A stretch of 64,000 nt of DNA from the human T2T-CHM13v2.0 reference genome, Homo sapiens, in assembly GCA_009914755.4 (NCBI GenBank), contig CP068257.2:8544001-8608000 (forward strand), given 5' to 3'. Under the pieces are notes generated by a model. That model saw only the letters and a list, made by a program, of their open reading frames with translations. It was not told the origin of the DNA and ran no database searches. Made by a program: the position numbers and the translations under genes. Below are positions 1 through 12,598 of this stretch, in pieces. Every line of letters begins with the position of its first letter. The stretch's first letter is position 1.

Positions 1-3000
1 ACATTCTGAGAAACTTCTTTGCGATGTGTGCATTCCTCCCACAGAGTTGAACAATTCTTTTCATTGAGCAGTTTTGTAACAATCTTTTTTAGAATCTGCA
101 AATGGATAATTGGAAAGCTTTGAGGCCTATTATGGAAAAGGAAATTTCTTCACATAGAAACTACACAGTAGAATTCTGAGAAACTTCTTTGTGATGTGTG
201 CATTCAACTCACAGAGTTAAATCTTTCTTTTGATTAACCAGTTTGGAAACATTCTTTTTGTAGAATCTCCAAGTGGATATTTGGAGCCTTTTGCAGCCTA
301 CGGTGGAAAAGGAAATATTTTCACATAAAAACTACACAGAACCATTTGGAGAAACTTCTTTGTGGTGTGTGCATTCATCTGACACAGTTGAACCTTTCTT
401 TTGATTGAGCAGTTTTGAAACACTCTTTTGTAGAATCTGCAAGTGGATATTTGGAACACTTTGATGGCTATTGTGTAAAAGGAAATATCTTCACATAAAA
501 ACTACACAGGAACATTCAGAAAACTTTCTTTTGATGTGTGCATTCATCTCACAGAGTTGAACCTTTCTTTTGAATGAGCAGTTTTGAAACACTCTTTTTG
601 TAGAATCTGCAGGTGGATATTTGCAGCGCTGTGAGGCGTACTGAGGAAAAGGAAATTTTCACATAAAAAATACACAGAAGCATTCTTAGAAACTTATTTG
701 TGATGTGTGCATTCAACTCACGGAGTTGAACCTATCTTTTGATGAGCAGTTTTGAAACTCTCTTTTTTTGGAATCTGCATGTGGATATTTGGAGCGCTTT
801 GGGGCCTATGGTGTAAAAGGAAATATCTTCACATAAAAGCTACACAGAAGCATTCTGAGAAACTTCTTTGTGATGTGTGCATTCAACTCACAGAGTTGTA
901 CTTATCTTTTTATTGAGGAGTTTTGAAACTCTCTTTTTGTAGAATCTGCAAGTGGATAGTTAAAGCCCATTGCAGCCTGTGGTGGAAAAGGAAATATCTT
1001 CAGATAAAAAATACACAGAAGCATTCTGAGAACTTTATTTGCGATGTGTGCATTCATCTCACAGATTTGAACCTTTCTTTTGATTGAGCAGTTTTGAAAC
1101 ACTCTTTCTATAGTATCTGCTAGTGGATATTTGGAGCGCTTTGAGGGCAATCGTGGAAAAGTAAATATCTTCACATAAAAACTACACAGAAACATTCAGA
1201 AAACTTTCTTTTGATGTGTGCATTCATCTCACAGAGTTGAAACTTTCTTTTGATTGAGCAGTTTTGAAACACTCTTTTTGTAGAATCTGCAAGTGGATAT
1301 TTGCAGCGCTTTGAGGACTATTGTGAAAAAGGAAATATCTTCACATGAAAACTACCTAGAAGCATTCTCAGAAATGTCTTTTGACGGGTGCATTCATCTC
1401 AAAGAGTGCTTTGCGGCCCATTGTGGAAAACAAAATATCGTCACATAATAACTACACAGAAGCATTCTGAGAAACTTCTTTGTGATTTGTGCATTCATCT
1501 CACAGAGTTGTAACTTTCTTTTGATAGAGCAGTTTGGAAGCACTCTTTTAGTATAATCTACAAGAGGATATTTAGAACACTTTGAGGCCTATTGTGGAAA
1601 TGGAAATATCTTCACATAAAAACTGCACAGAAGCATTCTGAGCAACTTCTTTGTGATGTGTGCATTCAACTAACAGAGTTGAACTTATTTTTTGATTGAG
1701 CAGTTGTGAAAGTCTCTTTTTGTAGTATCTGCAAGTGAATATTTGGAGCCCTTTGCAGCCTATGGTGGAAATGGAAATATCTTCACATAAAAACTACACA
1801 GAAGTATCCCGAGAAACTTCTTTGTTATGTGTTCATTCATCTCACAGAGTTGAAACTTTCTTTTGTTTGAGTAGTATCGAAACACTCTTTTTTGTAGACT
1901 GTGCATGTGGATATTTACAGGGCTTTGAGGACTATTGTGGAAAAGGAAGTATCTTCACATAAAAATTATGCAGAAGCATTCAGATAAATTTATTGTGATG
2001 TGTGCATTCCTTTAACAGAGTTGAAACTTTGTTTTGATTGAGCATTTTTGAAACACTCTTCTTGTAGAATCTGCAAGTGGATATTTGGAGCTCTTTGATG
2101 ACTATTGTGGAAAAGGTAATATCTTCACTTAAAAACTAAACAGAAACATTCTGAGAAACTTCTTTATGATGTATGCATTCATCTCACAGAATTGAACTCT
2201 TCTTTTGATTGAGCAGTTTGGAAACACGCTTTTTCTAGAATCTATAAGTGGATATTTGGAGCTCCTTGAGGCCTATTTTGGAAAAGGATATATCTTCACA
2301 TAAAAACTACACAGAAGCATTCTGAGAAACTGCATTGTGATGTGTGCATTCATCTCACAGATTTGAACTTTTCTTTGATTGAGCAGTTTTGAAACACTCT
2401 TTTTGTAGAATCTGCAAGTGGATATTTGGAGCGCTTTTAGGCCTATTGTGGAAAAGAAAATATCATCACATAAAAACTATAGAGAATCATTCTGTGAAAC
2501 TTCTTTGCGTTGTGTTTACTCACCTCATGGAGTTGAAGTTTTCTTTTGATTGAGCAGTTTGGAAACACTCTTTTTGTAGAATCTGCAAGTGGATAGTTGG
2601 AGTGCTTTTAGGCCTACGGTTGAAAAGGAAATATCTTCACATAAAAACTACTCGGAAGTGTTCTGAGAAACTTCTTTGTGATGTGTGCATTCACCTCACA
2701 GGGTTGAAACTTTCTTTTGATTGAGCAGTTTTGAAACACTCTTTTTCTAGAATGTGCAAGTGGATATTTGCAGGGCTTTGTTGACTATTGTGGAAAGGGA
2801 AGTATGTTCACATAAAAATTACACAGAAGCATTCTGAGAAATTTCTTGTGAAGTGTGCATTCACTTCACAGAGTTGAAACTTTCTTTTGATTGAGCATTT
2901 TTGAAACACTCTTCTTGTACAATCTGCAAGTGGATATTTGAAGCCCTTTGAGGCCTATTGTGGGAAAGGAAATATCTTCACATAAAAAGTAATCAGAAAC

Positions 3001-6000
3001 ATTCTGAGAAACTTCTTTGTGATGTATGCATTCATCTCACAGAATTGAACCCTTCTTTTCATTAGCACTTTGGAAACTCTCTTTTTGTAGAGTCTAGAAG
3101 TGGACATTTGGAGCTCTTTGAGGTCTATTGTGGAAAATGAAATATCTTCACATAAAAACTACACAGAAGCATTCTTAGAAAGTTCTTTGTGATGTGTGCT
3201 TTCAACTCACAAAATTGAAACTTTTTTTGATTGAGCAGTGTTGAAACACTCTTTTTGTAGAATCTGCAAGTGGATATTAGGAGTGCTTTGAGGCCAATTG
3301 TGGAAAAGGAAATATCTTCACATAAAAACTACACAGAATCATTCTGTGAAACTTATTTGCGAGGTGTTTACTCATCTCACAGAGTTGAAGTTTTCTTTTG
3401 AATGAGCAGTTTGGAAACACTCTTTTTGTAGAATCTGCAAGTGGTTAGTTGGAGCGATTTGAGGTCTATGGTGTAAAAGGAAATATCTTCACATAAAAAC
3501 TACACGGAAGCATTCTGAGAAACTTCTTGGTGATGTTGCATTCATCTCACAGAGTAGAACATTTCTTTTGATTGAGCATTTTTGAAACACAGTTTTTGTA
3601 GAATCTGCAAGTGGATATTTGGAGAGGTTTGAGGACTATTGTGGAAAAGGAAGTATCTTCACAAGAAAAGTAAACAGAATCATTCTGGGAAATGTCTTGT
3701 GACGTGTGCATTCATCTCACAGAGTGCTTTGAGGCCCATTGTGGAAAAGGAAATATCTTCACATGAAAACTACAAAGAAGCATTCTGAGAAACTTCTTTG
3801 TGATTTTTGCATTCATCTCACGGTGTTTTACCATTCTTTTGTTTGAGCAGTTTGAAAACACTCTTTTAGTAGAATCTAAAAGTGGATATTTAGAGCGCTT
3901 TGAGGACTATTGTGGAAATTGAAATATCTTCACATAAAAACTACACAGAAGCATTCTGAGAAACTTCTTTGTGATGTGTGCATTCAACTCACAGAGTTGT
4001 ACCTATCTATTGGTAGAGGATTTTAGAAACTCTCTTTTTGGAGAATCTGCAAGTGAATATTTGGAGCCCTTTGTGGCCTACTGTGTAAAAGGAAATACCT
4101 TCACATAAAAACTACACAGAAGCACTCTGAGAAACTTCTTTGTGATGTGCGCATTCATCTCACAGATTTGAACCTTTCTTTAGACTGAACAGTTTAGAAA
4201 CTCTCTTTTAATAGAATAAGCAAGTGGATATTTGAAACACTTTGAGGCCTAATGTGGAAGAGAAAATATCTTCACATAAAAATGACACAGAAGCATTCTG
4301 ATAAACTACTTTGTGATGAGTCCATTAATCTCACGAAGTTGAACCTTTCTTTTCTTTGAGCAGTTTGGAAACAATCTTTACAGAATCTGCAGGTGGATAT
4401 TTGGAGCGCTTTGAAACAAATTGTGGAAAAGGAAATATCTTCACATAAAAACTGCACAGAAGCATTCTGAGAAACTTCTTTATGATGTGTGCATTCAACT
4501 CACAGACTTGAACTTTTCTTTTGATTGAACAGTTTTGAAACACTCTTTTTGTAGATTCTGCAAGTGTATATTTGTAGCCCTTTGAGGCCTACTGTGGAAA
4601 AGGAAATATCTGCACATAAAAACCACACAGAAGCATTCTGAGAAACTTCTTTGCGATGCGTGCATTCCCCTCAAAGAGTTGAATCTCTCTTTTGATTGAG
4701 CACTTTTGAAACCCCCTTTTTGTAGAATCTGCAAGGGGATATTTGGAGCCCTTTAAGGCCTATTTTGGAAAAGGAAATATCTTCACATAAAAACTACACA
4801 AAAGTATTGTGAGAAACTTCTTCATGATGTGTGATTTCGTCTCATAGAGTTGAACCTTTCTTTTCATTGATCAGTTTGGAAACACTCTTTTTGTAACATC
4901 TGCAGGTGGATGTTTGGAGCACTTTGTGGCGAATGGTGTAAAAGGAAATATCTTTAAATAAAAAGTACACAGAGGCATTCTGAGACACCTCTTTGAGATG
5001 TGTGCATTCAAGTCACCGGGTTGAGCCTATCTTTTTATAGAGCAGTTTTGAAACTCTATCTTTGCAGATTCTGTAAGTGGATACTTGGTGCATTGTGCAG
5101 CCAAGTGTGAAAAAGGAAATATCTTCACATAAAAACCACACAAAATAATTCTGAGAAACTTCTTTGTGTTGTGTGTATTCATCTCACAAAGCTGAACCTT
5201 TCTTTTGATTAAGCAGTTTTGAAACACTCATTTTGTAGAATGTGCAAGTCAATGTTTCGAGCACTTTGAGGCCTATTGTGGAAAAGGAAATATCTTCACA
5301 TAAAAACTACAAAGAAGCATTGTGAGAAACTACTTTGTGACGTGTGCATTCATCACACAGAGTTGAACCTTTCTTTTTATTGAGCAGTTTGGTAACACTC
5401 TTTTTGTAGAATCTCCAAGGGGATATTTTTAGCGCTTTGAGATCTTTGGTGGAAAAGGAAATATCTTCACATAGAAACTACACAGAAGCATTCTGAGAAA
5501 CTTATTTGGGATGTGTGCATTCATCTCACCGAGTTGAATCTATCCTTTGATTGAGCAGTTTTTAATTGCTCTTTTTGTAGAATCTGCAAGTGGATATTTG
5601 GAGCACATTTAGACCTATGGTGGAAAAGGAAACATCCTCACATAAAAACTACGAAGAAGCATTCTGAGAAACGTCTTTGTAATGTGTGCATTCATCTCAC
5701 AGAGTTGAACCTTTCTTTTGATTGAGCAGTTTCGAAACACTCTTTTTGTAGAATTTGGATGTGTATATTTGGAGTGCTTTGTGGCCTGTTGTGGAAAAGA
5801 AAATATCTTCACATAAACACTAGACAGAAGCATTCTGAGAAACTTTTTTGTGATGTCTGCATTCGACTCACACAGCTGAACCTATCTTTTGATTGAGAAG
5901 TTTTGATTCTCTCTTTTTGTAAAATCTGCAAGTGGATATTTGCAGACCTTTCTGGCCTATTTTGGAAAAGGAAACATCTTCACATAAAAAATAGAAGCAT

Positions 6001-6070
6001 TCTGAGAAACTTCTTTGTGATGTGTGCGTTCATCTCAAAAAGTTGAACATTTCTTTTGATTGAGCAGTTT
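1..6070 (+). repeat. Alpha satellite, monomeric organisation, ~35 tandem 171-bp monomers (predominantly 'aaaactacacagaagcattctgagaaac' subtype)
   Basis: Tandem ~171-bp units match the alpha-satellite consensus (cattctgagaaacttctttgtgatgtgtgcattcaactcacagagttgaacctttcttttgattgagcagttttgaaacactctttttgtagaatctgcaagtggatatttgg...gtggaaaaggaaatatcttcacataaaaactacacagaag). Neighbouring monomers are only ~80-90% identical by eye, so this is monomeric rather than a homogeneous higher-order repeat. The pJalpha-type motif (cctatggtggaaaaggaaat) is present; I noticed no CENP-B box (nTTCGnnnnAnnCGGGn). Confidence 0.95.
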
Positions 6071-6454
6071 CTATTATTATTATTATACTTTAAGTTTTAG
6101 GGTACATGTGCACATTGTGCAGGTTAGTTACATATGTATACGTGTGCCATGCTGGTGCGCTGCACCCACTAACTCATCATATAGCATTAGGTATATATCC
6201 CAATGCTATCCCTCCCCCCTCCTCCCACCCCACAACAGTCCCCAGAGTGTGATGTTCCCCTTCCTGTGTCCATGTGATTTCATTTTTCAATTCCCACCTA
6301 TAAGTGAGAATATGCGGTGTTTGGTTTTTTGTTCTTGTGATAGTTTACTGAGAATGATGACTTCCAATTTCATCCATGTCCCTAAAAAGGATATGAACTC
6401 ATCATTTTTTATGGCTGCATAGTATTCCATGGTGTATATAGACTGGATCAAGAA
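6071..6454 (-). mobile_element. LINE-1 3'-end fragment (ORF2 C-terminus / 3'UTR, antisense) inserted into alpha satellite, with ~13-bp TSD (6058-6070 gattgagcagttt / 6455-6467 gatttagcagttt)
   Basis: The + strand reads 'ctattattattattatactttaagttttagggtacatgtgcacattgtgcaggttagttacatatgtatacgtgtgccatgctggtgcgctgcacccactaa...'. This is the reverse complement of the L1PA 3' end (compare the sense copy at 17600-17710). The alpha monomer resumes in register after a duplicated 13-mer. The last ~20 bp (6434-6454, 'agactggatcaagaa') are in L1 sense orientation, which suggests a twin-priming 5' inversion. Confidence 0.85.
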
Positions 6455-7815
6455 GATTTAGCAGTTTTTAAAAAATCTTTTTGTAGTGTCTGCAAGGGGA
6501 TATTTGGAGCGTTTTGGGGCCTATTGTGGAAAAGGAACTATCTTCACATAAAAACTAGACAGAAGCATTCTGAGAAACTTTTGGTGGTCTGTGCATTCAA
6601 CTCACAGATTTCAGCCTTTCTTTTGATTGAACAGTTTTGAAACATTCTTTTTGTAATATCTGTAAATGGATATTTGAAGCGGTTTGAGGTCTATCTTGGA
6701 AAAGGAAATATCTTCACATATAAACTAGACAGAAGCATTCTGAGAAACTTCTCTGTGATAAGTGCCTTCATCTCATAGAGTTGAACCTTTCTTTTGATTG
6801 AGCAGTTTTGAAACACTCTTTTTGTTGTATATGCAAGTGGGTATTTGGAGCGATTTGTGGTCTATGGTGGAAAAGGAAATATCTTCACATAAAAACTAGA
6901 AGGAAACACTCTGAGAAACTTCTTTGTGATGTGTGCATTCATCTCACCAAGCTGAACCATTCTTTTGATGGAGCTGTTTTGAAATACTCTTTTTGTAGGA
7001 TCTGCAAGTGGATATTTGGAGTGCTTTCAGGTCTGTGGTGGAAAAGGAAATATCTTCACATAAAAACTAGACAGAAGTATTCTGAGAAACTTCTTTGTAA
7101 TGTGTGCATTCATCTCACAGTGTTGAAACTTTCTTTTGATTGAGGGTTTTGAAACAGTCTTTTTGATACAACTGCAAGTGGATATTTGGAGCGAATTGTG
7201 GCCTATGGTTTAAAAGGAAATATCTTCACATAAAAACTAGACAGAAGCCTTCTGAGAAACTTCTTTGTGATGTGTGCGTTCATCTCACTGGGTTGAATCT
7301 TTCCTTTCATCGAGCAGTATTGAAACACCCTTTTTGTAGAATCTGAAAGTAGATATTTGGAGCGATTGTGTCCTATGGTAGTAAAGGAAATATTTTCACA
7401 GAAAAACTAGACAGAAGCATTCTGCAAAACTTCCTCGTGTTGTTTTCACTTATCTCACCAAATTGAACCATTGTTTTCATTGAGCAGATTTGATACACTC
7501 TTTTTGTAGCATGTGCAAGTGAATATTTGGAACGCTTTGATGAGTATGACGGAAAAGGAAATACCTTCACATATAAACTAGACAGAAGCATTCTGAGAAA
7601 CTTCTCTGTGATGTGTGCACTCATCTCACAGAGTTGAACCTTTCTTTTGATCGAGTAGTTTTGAAACACTCTTTTTGTACCATCTGCAAGTGTATATTTG
7701 GAGCGTTTTGCCTCCTATGGTGGAAAAGGAAATATCTTCACATAAAAACTAGACAGATGCATTCTGAGAAACTTCTTTGTGATATGTGCATTCATGTCAC
7801 AGAGGTGAACTTCTA
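6455..7815 (+). repeat. Alpha satellite continuation, ~8 monomers of the 'aaaactagacagaagcattctgagaaac' subtype; satellite array ends ~7815
   Basis: Same 171-bp periodicity. Monomers carry 'ctagacag' instead of the 'ctacacag' that dominates 1-5800. The last recognisable alpha sequence is 'ttcatgtcacagaggtgaacttct' at ~7790-7815, followed by non-satellite sequence. Confidence 0.9.
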
Positions 7816-8699
7816 GTGTTTTGGACTCATCCAAGCCTCAACATTAGTTTTAAGGCTCCTTGTTCTTTCCAGCAGGAGAAAAATGAACATGCAAAGCTCT
7901 CAGGCTCATTGTTATAATCCTCTCAAGGATCAGTCTCATTAGCAGACAGCAGAGTCTTGATCCCTTGTTTCACCAAACTAACCACTTGGCTGAGAGAAGT
8001 TGCTCTTAGTCCTAGGGGAACTTCTCATAACCTTTGCAAGCTCTTCAAGTATTTGTGTATTTTCCCCTTTCAGAAAGTTGTGTTTATCTCAGCATCCCAT
8101 TGTCATCTCCAAAATTAAATAATTGTGAAGGATCTAAGATTTCATCCTATTTGTAAACAAACCTATTAATCTTCCATTTTCATGGATGCTGGTAGAAGGC
8201 ATAAGGCACTGAAGTATGAAAACAAACCTACTATTTACTGTCTACCTGGAGGCAAAAGCCTCATTTTTGTATTAGTTCTCCTTGTCCATACTACATTTTT
8301 TAGAGGGATTTCAAAAGGCTCAGATGGACATTGCACATGGGGAAGATTTGTGTCACAGCTGAGCAGACTCAAGACTAAGAAACCTCAATCTTCTTAAAGT
8401 AGGTTACATGCAAACCTGTCCAACCTTTGCCTCACAGAGAAAAATTGTCTTTATTATATTGATTGAGTAATTTATCTGCCATTCACCTGAAGAGAAAAAC
8501 TACTACCCTTTTTCCAGGTTATTTGTGTACAAAAATCTTTGAAAAATAGCCTGGAACAGGACAGGTATGTGATGTAAGACACAAAAAAATGACAAACTCT
8601 AAGAGACTTTTATAGAACTACATCTCAGTAGCATGCATCTTTTCCATAAAATGTTGCACTAAACAATCCTGTGATGAAAAAATTCCATTGAAGATTTTT

Positions 8700-8944
8700 G
8701 ACATGAAGACTAACTTTTGTTGTTTTGTGTTGTGGGATTGTTCAAGTGATTCTCCTGTGTCAGCCTCCAAAGTAGCTGGAGTACAGGCTCCCACTACCAC
8801 ACTCAGCTTATTTTTCTATTTTTAGTAGAGACGGGGTTTTACCATGTTGGTCAGGGTGGTCTCGAACTCATGATCTCAGGTGGTCCACCTGCCTTGGCCT
8901 CACAAAGTGCTAGGAATATAGGCATGAGCCACCATGCCCGGCCC
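8700..8944 (-). mobile_element. Alu SINE (partial, antisense)
   Basis: Reverse-complement Alu body: 'ggctcccactaccacactcagcttatttttctatttttagtagagacggggttttaccatgttggtcagggtggtctcgaactcatgatctcaggtggtccacctgccttggcctcacaaagtgctaggaatataggcatgagccaccatgcccggcc'. Confidence 0.85.
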
Positions 8945-9179
8945 CAGAAATGAAAGTTCTATGTGTGAAGTAATGTAATTCTGACTGATAAATGACAGGT
9001 GACAGTAAGTGAAAATCTAACACAATTCAACCTTTTTACATATTTAGACATATTGTAACTTGTTAGCTTATTGGAAAAAGTTAAATGACTACCAATTTAT
9101 ACGGCATATTTATTCTGAATGAATTGCTAATCTAGATTTGAGAGATGAAATAATTATTTTTACAACACAGAAACATAAA

Positions 9180-9890
9180 GTGCATTTCCATATACCAACA
9201 ATGAACAATTTGACAGTAAATTAATAAAACAATTGTTTGCAACATTAAAATAATATAATTCTTAGAAATAAATTTAATAAGAAGGTACATATTTTGTACA
9301 ATAAAAAATACAGGATCAGAATATTTATGAAAAAAACTAAAAAGGAGTTAAATAACTGGCAACAAATTCCATGTTCCTGAACCGGAAGACTTAATGAAGT
9401 TAAGATGACAATACTACTACCCAAAGTAGTGTACAGATGTACTGTAATCCCAATTTTTAATTTTTCCAACTTTTCTTTTGCAAAAACAAAATAACTCATT
9501 TAAAACTTCATATGGAATTTGAAAATCCTCTGAATGTACAGAATAATCTTGAAAGGAAGAACAAAATTAGATGGCTCACAATTTTAAATTTGAAAACATA
9601 CAAAGCTACTATAATTATAACAGTTTGCTAGTGGCGTAAGAACAATTGTAGAGATCAAATAAATAAAATAGATAATCCAAAAAACCCTTGCATAAATTAT
9701 TGATTGTCTTTCGACAAGGGTGCCTTAATCATTATGTAAAGAAAAGGACAGTTTGTTCCACAATAAATGCTGGGAAAACAAGTCCACATTGAAACCAGTA
9801 AAGTTGAATCTTTATCACATTCCAAGTACAAAAATTAAATAAAAATAGATTAAAGACATAAGTGTTCAACTTTAGTGGTTTCTAATGGTT
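9180..9890 (+). mobile_element. Old L1 (L1M-type) ORF2 fragment
   Basis: Sense-strand similarity to mammalian-wide L1 ORF2 ('aataaatttaataagaaggtacatattttgtacaataaaaaatacagga...aaattccatgttcctgaaccggaagacttaatgaagttaagatgacaatactac'; 'aaatgctgggaaaacaagtccacattgaaaccagtaaagttgaatctttatcacattccaagtacaaaaattaaataaaaatagattaaagac'). Heavily decayed. Confidence 0.6.
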
Positions 9891-10264
9891 GTTTTTATTT
9901 ATGTGGGGTCAGTACTAACATGAACACCTTTATACACACAAACTAGAAAACTTTAAAGAAATGGATACATTACTAGATATACACACTCTCCCAAGATTAA
10001 GCCAGGAAGACAATTATTTCCTGAATGGACCAATAAAAAGCTCTGATATTATATAGGTAATAAGTAGCTTGCCAATCAAAAAAATAAAAGCCCTGGACTT
10101 TCTGGATTTACAGCCAAATTCTACCAAATGTACAAGGGAGAGCTGGTACAATTCCTACAGAAACTATCCCCAAAAATTGAGGAGGACGGTCTCCTCCCCA
10201 ACTCATTCTATAAGGACAGCATGATCTTGACACCAAAACCTGGCAGAGACACAACAAAAACACA

Positions 10265-10448
10265 AAATTAGCCGGGCTTGGTAGCAGACACCTGTAGTCC
10301 CAGCTACTTGGGAGGCTGAGGCAGGAGAATGGCATGAACCCAGGAGGCGGAGCTTGCATTAAGCAGAGATTGCACCAGTGCACTCCAGCCTGGGCAACAG
10401 AGGGAGACTCCATCAAAAAAAAAAAAAAAAGAAAGAAAGAAAGAAAAG
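10265..10448 (+). mobile_element. Alu right-arm fragment with A-rich/(GAAA)n tail, inserted in the older L1
   Basis: 'gccgggcttggtagcagacacctgtagtcccagctacttgggaggctgaggcaggagaatggcatgaacccaggaggcggagcttgcattaagcagagattgcaccagtgcactccagcctgggcaacagagggagactccatc' followed by A16 and gaaa repeats. Confidence 0.85.
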
Positions 10449-11336
10449 AAAACTTCAGGCCAATATTCTTGACAAACATCAATACAAAAGTTCTCAGAAA
10501 AATATTTGTAAACCAAATCCAGCAGCACATCAAACAGGTAATCCGTCATTATCAAGTAGGCTGCCTCCTTAGGATGCAAGGTTGGCCCAGCATGTGCAAA
10601 TCAATAAATGTAATACATCACATAAACATAACTAAAAACAAAAAACAGACGATTATCCCAATAGATACAGAAAATAATAAAAGCTGTGTATAAAAAACCC
10701 ACAGCCAACAATCTGTTGAATGGGCAAAGTTGGGAGCTTTTTTTTTGAAAACCAGCACAAGGCAAGAATGCCCTCTCTCACCATTTCTATTCAACATAGT
10801 ATTGAAAGTCCTGACCAGAGCAATCAGGCTAGAGAAAGAAATACAAAAAGCATCCAAATAGGAAGAGAGAAAGCCAAACTATTTCTGTTTGCAGATAACA
10901 TAATTCTATATCTAGAAAACCCTGTAGTTTCAGGTACAAAGCTTCTTTAGTTAACAAACAACTTCAGCGAATTTTCAAGATACTAAATCAATGTGCAAAG
11001 ATCACTAACATTTCTCTACACCAATGATAACCACACTGACAGCAAAATCAGAAAGGCCATCCCATTCACAATTGCCACAAAAATGATAAAATACCTGGAA
11101 ATGCAGCTCACCAGGGAGGTGAAAGAGCTCTACAATGAGAATTAAAAAACACTGCTCAAATAAATCAGAGAAGACACAAACAAATGGAAAACCACCTCAT
11201 GCTCATGGATAGGAAGATCCAATATAACTAAAATGGCTATACTTCACAAAGCAATTGACAGATTTAATGCTATTTCCATCAAACTGCCAATAAAATTTTT
11301 TACAGATCTAGAAAAAACTATTTTAAAATTCGTATA

Positions 11337-11625
11337 GGCTGGGTGCAGTGGCTCATGCCTGTAATCCCAGCACTCTGGGAGGCCAAGGGGTGCAGATCAT
11401 GAGGTCAGGAGATCGAGACCATCATGGCCAACATGGTGAAACTCCTTCTCAACTAAAAATACAAAAAATAGCTGGGTGAAGTGGCAAGCGCTTGTAATCC
11501 CAGCTACTCGGGAGGCTGAGGCAGGAGAATTCATTGAACCAGGGAGTCAGAGGTTGCAGTGAGCTGAGATTGCACCACTGCACTCCAGCCTGATGACAGA
11601 GTGACATTCCATCAAAAAAAATTAT
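11337..11625 (+). mobile_element. Alu SINE, full-length dimer
   Basis: 'ggctgggtgcagtggctcatgcctgtaatcccagcactctgggaggccaagggg...' through 'gcactccagcctgatgacagagtgacattccatcaaaaaaaa'. Confidence 0.9.
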
Positions 11626-12410
11626 ATATATGAAACCAAAAAGGAGCACACATAGCCAAGGCAATCCCAAGCAAAAAAGAACAAAGCTGCAGGCATCAGG
11701 TTGCCTGGCTTCAAATTACACTACAGGGCTATAGTAATGAAAACAGCATAACACTGATACAAAAACAGACACATAGACAAATGGAGCAGAATAGAGAGCC
11801 CAGAAACAAGGCTGCACATCTATGCCATGTGATAATTGACAAGGCTGACAAAAACAAGCAGTGAGAAAAAGATTATTTATTCAATAAGTGGTGCTGGAAT
11901 AATTGGCTGGCAACATGTGGAAGATTGAAGCTGGACCCCTTATTTATATCATATACAAAAAAAAATCAACTCAAGACTGATTAAAGACTTAAATATAAAA
12001 TCTTTATGTATAAAAACCATGAAAGACAATCCAGGCAATACCATCCTGGATATAGGAATGGGCAAAGATTTCATGATAGAAAGACCAAAAGCAACAGCAA
12101 GAAAAGCAAAAATTAACAAGTAGGATTTAATTAAAGTAAAGAGATTTTGCATAGCAGAAAAAAAACTATTAACAGAGTAAACAGAAAACCTATGGAGTGG
12201 AAAAAAATATTTGTAAACTATCCATCTAACAAAGGTCTAATATCTAGCATCTATAAGGAACTTAAATTTACAAAAGAAAAACAACCCCATTAAAAAGTGG
12301 GCAAAGACAATGGACAGTTTTCGAAAGAAGACATACATGAGGCCAAGAAGTGTATGAGAAAAAGCTCAGCATCAATGATAGTTAGAGAAATGAAAATTAA
12401 GTGATCCTTG

Positions 12411-12598
12411 TGCCTCAGTCTCCCAAATAGCTGGGACTACAAGCAAGCACCACAATGCCCAGACAATTTTTGAATTTTTAGTAGAGATGGGATTTTGCCA
12501 TGTTTCCATGGCTGGTCTTGAACTCCTGAGCTTAAGTGATCAGCCTGCCTCAGCCTCCCAAAGTTTTGGGATTACAAGTGTGAGCCACCATGCCTGGA
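12411..12598 (-). mobile_element. Alu SINE (partial, antisense)
   Basis: 'gtgatccttgtgcctcagtctcccaaatagctgggactacaagcaagcaccacaatgcccagacaatttttgaatttttagtagagatgggattttgccatgtttccatggctggtcttgaactcctgagcttaagtgatcagcctgcctcagcctcccaaagttttgggattacaagtgtgagccaccatgcctgg'. Confidence 0.85.

Noticed and set aside
902-7816. Many 60-120-aa ORFs on both strands across 1-7816 (e.g. 902-1195, 4331-4543, 6808-7143, 7373-7669)
   Set aside because: All lie in alpha-satellite monomers and repeat the same peptide strings (MFQNCSIKRKVQ..., LHIKTRRKHSEKLLC...) with the 171-bp period. They are translation artefacts of the satellite, not genes.
10108-10693. 141-aa and 119-aa ORFs spanning 10108-10693
   Set aside because: They run through an Alu right arm and its poly(A)/(GAAA)n tail ([12 protein letters not shown]...). 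This is a repeat-derived artefact.
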